NCBI GenBank assembly: GCA_031414955.1
Contig: JANOQV010000012.1
Location: 1 to 64,000 of the forward strand
Length of the DNA: 64,000 nucleotides
Direction: 5' to 3'
Origin: Pedosphaera sp.
GTDB taxonomy: Bacteria > Verrucomicrobiota > Verrucomicrobiia > Limisphaerales > SIBH01
The position numbers were made by a program, and so were the translations under genes. The notes beneath the pieces were generated by a model that saw nothing but the letters and a program-made list of their open reading frames with translations, had not been told where the DNA came from and ran no database searches. Shown piece after piece: positions 1-7,490 of the stretch. The number at the start of each line of letters is the position of its first letter. The stretch's first letter is position 1.

Positions 1-259
1 CGTGCTGCACGGCGCGGCCTCGGCGGAATTCGCCCGCCAGCATCTCGGCCGCGAGACCCCTCTCGGAACCATTTCACGCGACCAGCTCAACGTGAATGGC
101 GGTGCCATTGCCCTCGGCCATCCGGTCGGAGCCACTGGTGCTCGCCTGGTCCTAGCGAGCTTGAAAGAACTGCAACGCCGTCAGGCCCGTCGCGCACTCG
201 TTTCCGCGTGCGTCGGTGGCGGGCAAGGCGCGGCGCTGTGGTTGGAAAGGATCACATGA
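1..259 (+). CDS. fadI: Acetyl-CoA C-acyltransferase (thiolase), 3' part only (truncated by window start)
   Basis: NVNGGAIALGHPVGATG and ACVGGGQG thiolase C-terminal motifs; ATGA overlap with next gene. Confidence 0.85.
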   Translation, partial: VLHGAASAEFARQHLGRETPLGTISRDQLNVNGGAIALGHPVGATGARLVLASLKELQRRQARRALVSACVGGGQGAALWLERIT

Positions 260-2469
260 AAACAATGGAACTCGAAAAAATGGCGATGACTTCCGTGGCT
301 GCGGCCACCCATCGCACGCGCAACATCCTCAGTGAAGTGACAGACGGAATCTGCACCGTCACCTTCGACCGGCCGGACTCGGCGGCCAACATTCTTGACC
401 GCGCGACTTTGACCGAACTCGATTCGCACCTGGACTGGATCGAGCGCGCGCCGGATCTGCGCGGCGTCATCTTCACCAGTGCGAAGGAGAACATTTTTAT
501 AGCTGGCGCCGATGTTCACGCGCTGGCCGGCATGGCAGACCAGCCAGCCCCGGCGCCAGCTCCTGATTCTGAAGGCACGAACTCCGCGACTCCCGAACTG
601 AGCGAACTCATTCAGCTAGGTCAAACGGTCTTCAGCCGTCTGGCTTCGTTGCCTATGCCTACCGTGGCCGTGATTCACGGCGCGTGCGTCGGTGGCGGAT
701 TTGAACTGGCGCTGGCCTGCCAATACCGCATGGCCACAGATGCACGCGTCACGAAGCTGGGGCTGCCGGAAATTCTGCTCGGCATTCTTCCGGCGTGGGG
801 CGGTTGCACGCGGCTGCCGCGACTGGTCGGAATTCCCAAGGCGCTCGACATGATTCTCGCCGGCAAGACCCTGCCCGCGGATCGTGCTTTGAAGTCTGGC
901 ATGATTGACGAGATCGTGCCGCGTGCGCGCCTCGCCGAAGCCGCCCGCGAGCGCATCGTGCATCCAGTCAAGCCGCACCGGCCCAATCATCGCGTGTCCA
1001 ACAACGTTGTCTCGGCCATGCTCATCCGCGCCCGGGCCTCGCGCGAGCTGGTCGCCAAGACGCGCGGCAATTACCCCGCGCCTTTCGAGGCGCTCGACGT
1101 CGTCACACATGGCGTGACGCTGCCGGTGGAGCATTCGCTGGAGTTGGAGCGTGAAGCCATCCTCCGGCTCGCGCAGAACTCGGCCTGCCACAACTTGCTG
1201 CGGCTCTTCATGCTGAAGGAGCACGCGAAGAAATCACGGAGGGTTCACACCTGCGATCACACACCGGCGCCGCCCATCACACGCTCGGCCGTCATCGGCG
1301 CGGGCGTCATGGGTGCGGGCATCGCGCAATGGCTCAGCGCCCGCGGCCTGCAAGTCACGCTCCGCGATGTAAATCTCGATCAGTTGGTCCGCGGCATGTC
1401 GTCCGTTTCCGCGCTCTATGAGGACGCCGTTAAACGCCATCACCTTACGGCGCTGGAAGCACGCGATGGACGCGATCGCGTCTTCGCTGCTGCCACCGAC
1501 CTGCCGTTGCGCGATGCCCATATCGTGATTGAAGCAGCGACCGAAAAGCTTCCGCTCAAGCAGGACATCTTCCGCTGTCTGGCGGCGCAGACTTCGCCGG
1601 AAACCATTCTCGCCACGAACACCTCGGCGCTGTCGGTGACGGAGATCGCGTCGGGCACCAACGCCGCGGCGCGCATTGTCGGGCTGCACTTCTTTAACCC
1701 AGTGCATCGCATGGAACTGGTGGAGGTTGTCGCGGGCGCGGCCACTTCGCCGGATGTGCTGACGCGCGCGGTCGAATTCACGCGCCGCCTCGGCAAAGTG
1801 CCGGTGGTGGTGCGCGACAGTCCTGGCTTCATCGTGAACCGGGTCCTGATGCCCTATCTCATTGAGGCCGTGCGTCTGCTCGACCTGGGCGCGAGCGCGC
1901 ATGACATCGACGAGGCCATGCTCGATTTCGGAATGCCCATGGGTCCGCTCCGTTTGCTGGATGAAGTTGGCCTCGACGTCGCAGCCCACGTCGTCGCCAC
2001 ACTTAACAAACACTTTGGTGAACGTGTCGCCGCGCCAACCTTGATCATACGGATGCTGGCGGCGGGAATGACCGGCAAGAAGTCCGGCCGTGGCTTCTAT
2101 GATCATGCGCACGACAAGCTGAACCACGACCTCGACACGATGCGGACGGTCCACCGCCACGCACCGTTCACCCGCGATGAACTGGCGCGGCGCATGTCGC
2201 TGCTCATGGTTAATGAAGCGGCGCGCTGTGAAGAAGAGGGCGTGGCCGGTGCGCCCGCTGACATTGATCTGGCGATGGTGCTGGGCACCGGCTTCGCGCC
2301 GTTCCGGGGCGGGCCATTGCGCTATGCGGATGCGATGGGCCTGCCCGCCTTGGTGGCCGCGCTGGAACATCTCGCCGCGTTCGACAACCGCTTCCAACCC
2401 TGTGCCTTGCTGACGAAAATGGCGGAGAGCAAGGCGTCGTTCTATCCGCTGAAAGGAGAGCACTCATGA
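256..2469 (+). CDS. fadJ: Multifunctional enoyl-CoA hydratase / 3-hydroxyacyl-CoA dehydrogenase (FadJ/FadB family)
   Basis: Crotonase motifs FIAGAD, GGGFELAL, GLPE; VIGAGVMG Rossmann motif, LATNTSAL, GLHFFNP, PGFIVNR; ATG at 256 overlaps the thiolase stop. Confidence 0.9.
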   Translation: MKTMELEKMAMTSVAAATHRTRNILSEVTDGICTVTFDRPDSAANILDRATLTELDSHLDWIERAPDLRGVIFTSAKENIFIAGADVHALAGMADQPAPAPAPDSEGTNSATPELSELIQLGQTVFSRLASLPMPTVAVIHGACVGGGFELALACQYRMATDARVTKLGLPEILLGILPAWGGCTRLPRLVGIPKALDMILAGKTLPADRALKSGMIDEIVPRARLAEAARERIVHPVKPHRPNHRVSNNVVSAMLIRARASRELVAKTRGNYPAPFEALDVVTHGVTLPVEHSLELEREAILRLAQNSACHNLLRLFMLKEHAKKSRRVHTCDHTPAPPITRSAVIGAGVMGAGIAQWLSARGLQVTLRDVNLDQLVRGMSSVSALYEDAVKRHHLTALEARDGRDRVFAAATDLPLRDAHIVIEAATEKLPLKQDIFRCLAAQTSPETILATNTSALSVTEIASGTNAAARIVGLHFFNPVHRMELVEVVAGAATSPDVLTRAVEFTRRLGKVPVVVRDSPGFIVNRVLMPYLIEAVRLLDLGASAHDIDEAMLDFGMPMGPLRLLDEVGLDVAAHVVATLNKHFGERVAAPTLIIRMLAAGMTGKKSGRGFYDHAHDKLNHDLDTMRTVHRHAPFTRDELARRMSLLMVNEAARCEEEGVAGAPADIDLAMVLGTGFAPFRGGPLRYADAMGLPALVAALEHLAAFDNRFQPCALLTKMAESKASFYPLKGEHS

Positions 2470-4442
2470 AAACTGTGACCCACGACTCGACCGCTCCAGT
2501 TGAAACTATCGACACCTCGAAGATGTCTGCCGGGCAGCGCGCCGCGGTTGAGTTGACCGAGGCCGCGAGAGAGACGGCCCGCGCGCCGGGCTTCATCGCC
2601 GACCTTTTTATGGGCCAGTGCGATCTGTCGCGGTTGATGCCATTCCCCGAGCAGTCCGCCGAGGATCGCGACCAGGGCGACGCCTTCCTGCAACGCCTCG
2701 AAAAGATTCTGCGCGAGCAGACCGACCCGGATGAGATTGATCGCACGGGCGAAATTCCCGATGACGTGATCGCGGCTCTGGCAGGCATCGGGGCCTTTGC
2801 CATCAAGGTGCCGGTGCAATACGGCGGGCTGGGGCTGTCGCAGACGAATTACTGCCGCGCCGCGATGATGCTGGGCGGCCATTGCGGCAACTTGACGGCG
2901 CTCATCTCGGCGCATCAATCCATCGGGGTGCCGCAGCCGTTGCTTCTGTTCGGCACGGAGGAGCAGAAGCAGAAATACCTGCCGCGGTTCGCCCAAGGTG
3001 AAATCTCGGCCTTCGCGCTCACCGAAACCGGCGTCGGCTCCGATCCGGCGCGAATGCAGACCCACGCCGAGCCGACGCCCGATGGCACGGCCTTCATCCT
3101 CAACGGCGAAAAGCTCTGGTGTACGAACGGCACGAAGGCGGGCGTGATCGTGGTCATGGCCCGCACGCCGGCGAAAATGGTGAACGGTTCGGCCAAGGAT
3201 CAGGTGACGGCCTTCATTGTAGAAATGGATTCGCCTGGCGTGGAAGTCGTGCGGCGCTGTCACTTCATGGGCCTGCGCGCGCTCTACAACGGCGTGATTC
3301 GCTTCCGCGACGTGCGAGTGCCGCGCGAAAACATTCTCCTCGGCGAGGGCAAAGGGCTGCGTGTCGCGCTCACCACGCTGAACACAGGCCGGCTCACACT
3401 GCCTGCGGCGTGTGTCGGATTGTCGAAGCGATGCCTCGACATCGCGCGGCGCTGGGCGGGCCAGCGCGAGCAATGGGGCGCGCCGATTGGCCGGCACGCC
3501 GCCATCGCCGACAAGCTGGCGCGCATGGCCGCGAACACGTTCGCGATGGAAGCCATGACACGTTACGCCGCGAGCCTGGTGGACAAGGACAAGCACGCCG
3601 ACGTGCGGCTCGAAGCGGCGCTTTGCAAACTCTGGGGCACCGAGGCCGCGTGGCGGATCGTCGATGACACCATGCAGATTCGCGGCGGGCGCGGCTACGA
3701 GACGGCCGAGTCGCTGCAGGCGCGCGGCGAGAAGGCGGAGCCGGTCGAGCGATTCATGCGCGACTGCCGGATCAACACCATCTTCGAGGGTTCGAGTGAA
3801 ATCATGCGCCTGTTCATCGCCCGCGAGGCGCTGGACCCGCACCTCAAAGTTGCAGGCGCAGTCTTCAACACCAAGCTGCCGATGCGCGCGCGGTTGGGCG
3901 CGGCGGTGAGGGCGGGGATGTTTTACGCAAGGTGGTATCCGGCGCTGCTGGTGCCAAGCCGGTCCAAGGTCCAAAGTCCAACTCCGATAAATCGCGAGCA
4001 CGTGTCCAAGGTCGAGGCACGGCTGCGAGGGCATCTGCGCTTTGTGGAGCGGAACAGCCGCAAGCTGGCGCGTAGTTTGTTTCACGCGATGGCTCGGCTG
4101 GGGCCGAAGCTGGAGCGCGAGCAGTTGCTGCTGGGCCGCTTCGTGGACGTGGCGGCCGAACTCTTTGCGATGGGGGCCAGTTGCGCCCGGGCGTCTGTGG
4201 AACACGAAGCCGATGAACAGGCCGTGGCCCTGGCAGATTACTCCTGCCGCGGCGCGAAACTGCGAGTGAAGGAATTGTTCCGCAGTCTGCGCCACAACGA
4301 GGATCGCCGCGGCTATAAACTCGCGCAGGAGTTGCTCACTGAAATGGCTGCGTCCCTGCAAGCCGAGCCGGTCCATCGCGTGACTCCGCTCACTGCGCGT
4401 GAGAGCCACCCACACGCGGCAGACCATCGCGAAGCGGCCTGA
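2466..4442 (+). CDS. Acyl-CoA dehydrogenase (long, VLCAD-like)
   Basis: AFALTE.GVGSD, LNGEKLWCTNG, MQIRGGRGY, IFEGSSEI motifs; ATGA overlap with fadJ. Confidence 0.9.
   Translation: MKTVTHDSTAPVETIDTSKMSAGQRAAVELTEAARETARAPGFIADLFMGQCDLSRLMPFPEQSAEDRDQGDAFLQRLEKILREQTDPDEIDRTGEIPDDVIAALAGIGAFAIKVPVQYGGLGLSQTNYCRAAMMLGGHCGNLTALISAHQSIGVPQPLLLFGTEEQKQKYLPRFAQGEISAFALTETGVGSDPARMQTHAEPTPDGTAFILNGEKLWCTNGTKAGVIVVMARTPAKMVNGSAKDQVTAFIVEMDSPGVEVVRRCHFMGLRALYNGVIRFRDVRVPRENILLGEGKGLRVALTTLNTGRLTLPAACVGLSKRCLDIARRWAGQREQWGAPIGRHAAIADKLARMAANTFAMEAMTRYAASLVDKDKHADVRLEAALCKLWGTEAAWRIVDDTMQIRGGRGYETAESLQARGEKAEPVERFMRDCRINTIFEGSSEIMRLFIAREALDPHLKVAGAVFNTKLPMRARLGAAVRAGMFYARWYPALLVPSRSKVQSPTPINREHVSKVEARLRGHLRFVERNSRKLARSLFHAMARLGPKLEREQLLLGRFVDVAAELFAMGASCARASVEHEADEQAVALADYSCRGAKLRVKELFRSLRHNEDRRGYKLAQELLTEMAASLQAEPVHRVTPLTARESHPHAADHREAA
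3961..4016 (+). repeat. Heptamer (GGTCCAA)n-CTCCGATAAATCGCGAGC element inserted in frame in the acyl-CoA dehydrogenase
   Basis: Near-identical copies at 39029-39084 and 39882-39934 (uvrA); heptamer-only copy at 41474-41504 (cbiX). Confidence 0.8.
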
Positions 4443-4464
4443 GCCGGATTGAGGTAGAAGATGC

Positions 4465-4593
4465 CTCACGCCAAGGCCGCAATGGGCGCAAAGGAATTCA
4501 TCTTTGTGGTACCGCATGACCCAGACTATTTGGTGAGGCGTTCCAGGGAACGGAAGTCAGGCGTCTTTGCGCCCTTCGCGGCCTTGGCGTGAG
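4465..4593. repeat. REP-like palindromic element (29-bp inverted arms)
   Basis: CTCACGCCAAGGCCGCAATGGGCGCAAAG at 4465-4493 vs CTTTGCGCCCTTCGCGGCCTTGGCGTGAG at 4565-4593 (27/29 complementary). Confidence 0.8.
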
Positions 4594-4624
4594 ACACAAC
4601 AGTTCTCGACTGCACGGTTCCGGC

Positions 4625-5092
4625 TCACTCCTTCATCCTGGCCAAAGCTTCGATGCTCGGGTAGCGCCCGGTTTCAGACAGGGTTTCGCGTTCACGGAGG
4701 CGGCTGTCGTGATTGAGTTGGAGCAGTTTGACGGTGGCCTCACCCATCGGGTTCGCCGGGTCAATGCGCACGCCATGCAACACGAAACTGCCACCCCAGC
4801 GGTCGGTGCGCGGATGAAACAGCCGGAGGAGTTGCGGCGGCTGACCAACGAGCGTGCCGAGGTCACTCCCCTTGGCGTTGTTGCAGCAGGCGCAGGCAAG
4901 GTTCTCCGGCAGTCTGAAACCAGGAGTGGAAGAACCACGGATGACACGGATGGGAACCGTTCTCTGGCGGAATGGAAACGGCCGGCGCGTTCCCCCCTTG
5001 GATGAAGTTTATTTCGGAGACCTTTCCTTTTTAATCCGTGCCATCCGCGAAATGCGTGGTTTCAACTCCCGTTTCCCAGGATCACTGGCCAT
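4625..5092 (-). pseudogene. HNH endonuclease (toxin-type) pseudogene with N-terminal part replaced by a palindromic element
   Basis: Minus frame 4915-4625 reads ENLACACCNNAKGSDLG..LFHPRTDRW..GEATVKLLQLN..RERETL..GRYP (HNH C-terminal half); start MASD at 5092-5081 overlaps the upstream gene end; not in the ORF track. Confidence 0.75.
4916..5075. mobile_element. MITE/REP-like palindromic element (AACCACGGATGACACGGAT family)
   Basis: Inverted ends GAAACCAGGAGTGGAAGAACCACGGATG / CGTGGTTTCAACTCCCGTTTC; related copy at 6635-6710. Confidence 0.7.
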
Positions 5093-5315
5093 GAGCGAGG
5101 AGCTGGCGGGCGCGGGCTTTGGCCAGCCGCATGAGGTGTTCGATCTCCAGGTAGTGGTCCAGTTCGGACTTGTCGTCGGCGGGGAGGGCGGTTGCTTTCT
5201 GGCGCTCGATGAGATCCCAGACGCGCTGGCAGGCCGGCTCGGAAGGCTTGAAGTCAATCAACTCCCGGGGACTCAGCGCGGCGATGAATTGAACCAGCTC
5301 TTCGTCTGGTTTCAC
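5082..5315 (-). CDS. Small putative antitoxin upstream of the HNH gene
   Basis: 77 aa helical protein with ELDHYLEIEHLMRLAKARA motif; overlaps the start of the HNH remnant. Confidence 0.65.
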   Translation of the reverse strand: MKPDEELVQFIAALSPRELIDFKPSEPACQRVWDLIERQKATALPADDKSELDHYLEIEHLMRLAKARARQLLAHGQ

Positions 5316-5456
5316 ACGGCCAGATTCGCATCAGGAAAACGGCCTGACCAGCGGGTGGTTTATGCTCCATGTGGGCGATGCGGGCGTAGGGTGCCCCACC
5401 TGAGCGGCAACCGAATAAAGCCTCCCCTGATGGCCGATTATTGGAGCTGCCCCCGT

Positions 5457-5786
5457 TCCGTGATGGTCGGCAGCGCCTTCGCCCACGCCAAGGAAGCGCC
5501 CGGCCGCGGCAATCACTGGGGCATGGCCACGCCGCACGCCAACCTCCCGCGCGGCACGCGCATCAAGATGGGCGTCACCGGCTCGCTCAAACAGATTCTC
5601 TTCGGCCCCGCCACCGTCGATGACGGCTCACAAAAACTCGTCGGCGCCATCACCACCTGCATGGGCAACGTGGGCGCGGCGAACATTCGCGAGTTTCAGG
5701 AGACCGAGATCATCATCGCCTCGAGCATCAAGACCGAAGGCAAACTCTTCCAGACCGTGCAAAGCGTCGGCATGGGGACGAGATAG
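5457..5786 (+). pseudogene. 3' fragment of a GuaB3-family IMP dehydrogenase-related gene
   Basis: SVMVGSAFA..EAPGRGNHWGMATPHANLPRGTRI..SIKTEGK C-terminal motifs; no N-terminal catalytic part upstream. Confidence 0.75.
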
Positions 5787-5856
5787 TCGGAACGCGGACG
5801 TCTTCGTTCCATTCTGATGGGTGGCGCACAACCTGCCGGTCGGTCGCCGGATGGGA

Positions 5857-6285
5857 TTACGTGGGCAGAGCGAACAAATCCAATCCGACGAACCGGGTGA
5901 AACCTTGATCGAAGGTAACAAGTTGCGCGGCGCTGGCCCGGGCGAAAGCAGCCAGATATGCATCCGTCCAATGCGCGTGCGCCGGGGAATTGGACTGGGC
6001 GAAGCTGCGAAAAGCCGCCTCCAAACCCGCTGGCTCGTTCAACCAGGCCACGCGCGGATCGTTGGCCAGCCGGTCGTAATTCTTCCAGGCGTCCTGCTGG
6101 CTCTGGACGAAAAGCCCCATGATTTTCGTATTCGTCAGATGCCGCAGCAGGGCCATTTGTGTCACCCGGCAGAAGGCGGTGGCGCCTTCGGGCAGCGTGT
6201 CGAACCACGCCGCGGCCTTGGCGTGATGCTGGTGGTCGGAAAACGCCAGTGCCAGCCACACGTTGGCATCGGCCAGCTTAATCAC
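5857..6285 (-). CDS. VapC-family PIN domain toxin
   Basis: LADANVWLAL..HQHH, WTDAYLAAFA, LVTFDQGF PIN motifs; GTG start overlaps the antitoxin end. Confidence 0.85.
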   Translation of the reverse strand: MIKLADANVWLALAFSDHQHHAKAAAWFDTLPEGATAFCRVTQMALLRHLTNTKIMGLFVQSQQDAWKNYDRLANDPRVAWLNEPAGLEAAFRSFAQSNSPAHAHWTDAYLAAFARASAAQLVTFDQGFTRFVGLDLFALPT

Positions 6286-6514
6286 CCCAGAGACTGGCAT
6301 CCAATTCCTCGCGCGTGGGGTTGATGATGCGTTGGCCGTCGCCTCGGATCAGTGGCAACTCCACCCGCTGACGCGCCGGCTTGTCGGTCGCGGGCGTGCC
6401 GTTGGTCGGCAACAGGATGGTCAGCAGCCCACTACCCGACTCTGGCAACTTTTCCGGCTCGCGTGGCACGATGCGCCCGTGATCAATCTGCACTTCGACG
6501 GTCACATAACTCAT
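6278..6514 (-). CDS. Putative antitoxin
   Basis: 78 aa, N-terminal beta-rich VEVQIDHGRIVP..PEKLP, RVELPLI; overlaps the downstream PIN gene. Confidence 0.7.
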   Translation of the reverse strand: MSYVTVEVQIDHGRIVPREPEKLPESGSGLLTILLPTNGTPATDKPARQRVELPLIRGDGQRIINPTREELDASLWGD

Positions 6515-6634
6515 GGCTCGGAGTCTAACCGTTCCTCCTGCTATGGCGAACCCAAATCTGCCTTACGGCTCCACGCGCGCGGTAAAAGTTCTGCGCGTTT
6601 GTCGCAGTGGTGTCGAGAAAGGGGACGGAGGTTC

Positions 6635-6710
6635 AACCACGGATGACGCTGATGACACAGATAAAGTAGCTGCGGGAAAACTCTTGCTCCCCATCCGTGA
6701 AATCCGTGGC
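6635..6710. repeat. Palindromic REP-like element (AACCACGGATGAC family)
   Basis: AACCACGGATGACGCTGATGACACAGAT ... ATCCGTGAAATCCGTGGC. Confidence 0.65.
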
Positions 6711-6769
6711 GAAAAAATTCGGCGGCTACGGACACCCGTAACCTGTCCGCCAAATCGGGGCAAGGCCAG

Positions 6770-7012
6770 TCACGGAGACCGCACTTCAGGATCGCCCTCG
6801 CGACTCAGGTGCTGGAAGTCCGTGGAATTGATCGTGTAGAGAATGTCCGCGCCAGCCTTTCGCGCGGCCACCAGGTGCATGAAGTCATAGACGGCCCCGC
6901 CTCGAACTGGCCGCGAAGTTCCCGCTGCCGTATTGAGTGGAAAGTTGGTAGGGCGCGGCAGTGTGACCTTTCCTGCCCCCAATCCCGTTGGGATTGGAAG
7001 AAACGCGCTCAC
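6770..7012 (-). pseudogene. PIN-domain toxin remnant (internal deletion/replacement)
   Basis: Starts MSAF, then unrelated REP-like sequence, then PIN C-terminus VRGGAVYDFMHLVAARKAGADILYTINSTDFQHL; only 80 aa. Confidence 0.7.
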
Positions 7013-7272
7013 CGCCGCAGGGCGCGCCCGGCCTGCTCCTCCCGGTCGGCCCGGACGGCGGCGGCGTCCGTGTTGATGCCGAGGCGCGGCAGCACGAGCA
7101 CGCCGTCCTCCAGAATCCCTTCCGTCACCTCAGGGAGCACTTTCACGATCTCGATCCGATCCGCAGTCACCTCCGCCCGCACCTGCACACCCGGCCCGGC
7201 CCCAAAGACACGCTTCAGCGCCTCGGGCAGATTGATCTGCCCGGCCTCATCCAAGGTGAACGTAGCCTTCAT
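7009..7272 (-). CDS. AbrB/MazE/SpoVT-family antitoxin
   Basis: MKATFTLDEAGQINLPEALKRVFG..PG swapped-hairpin motif; GTGA overlap with the PIN remnant. Confidence 0.8.
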   Translation of the reverse strand: MKATFTLDEAGQINLPEALKRVFGAGPGVQVRAEVTADRIEIVKVLPEVTEGILEDGVLVLPRLGINTDAAAVRADREEQAGRALRR

Positions 7273-7490
7273 GGGTCCGACTCTGCCTCGCATCGCCACC
7301 CACCGCAAGCCCACTCCTATTCCGCGCTGCTTCCGGATGGAGCCGGGCGCGTCCGGCTTCAATCCAGCCACGGAGCATTGAGCGGAATGGGCGGCTGACC
7401 TGGGTGGAGGACAAAATGGCCCCGACCCACGTCGGTCCATCGCGAGGCGGCGTGAATTCGCCTTGCCTGCTTCGCTCTTGTTGTTCCTGT

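Noticed and set aside
2442..4517. 691-aa minus-strand ORF (and similar long antisense ORFs over recA, glmM, scpA, DUF1501 and the RCC1 gene)
   Set aside because: Shadow frames opposite well-supported genes
4854..5786. 310-aa ORF as a single gene
   Set aside because: Chimeric read-through of a palindromic element, the antisense of the antitoxin and the guaB3 fragment
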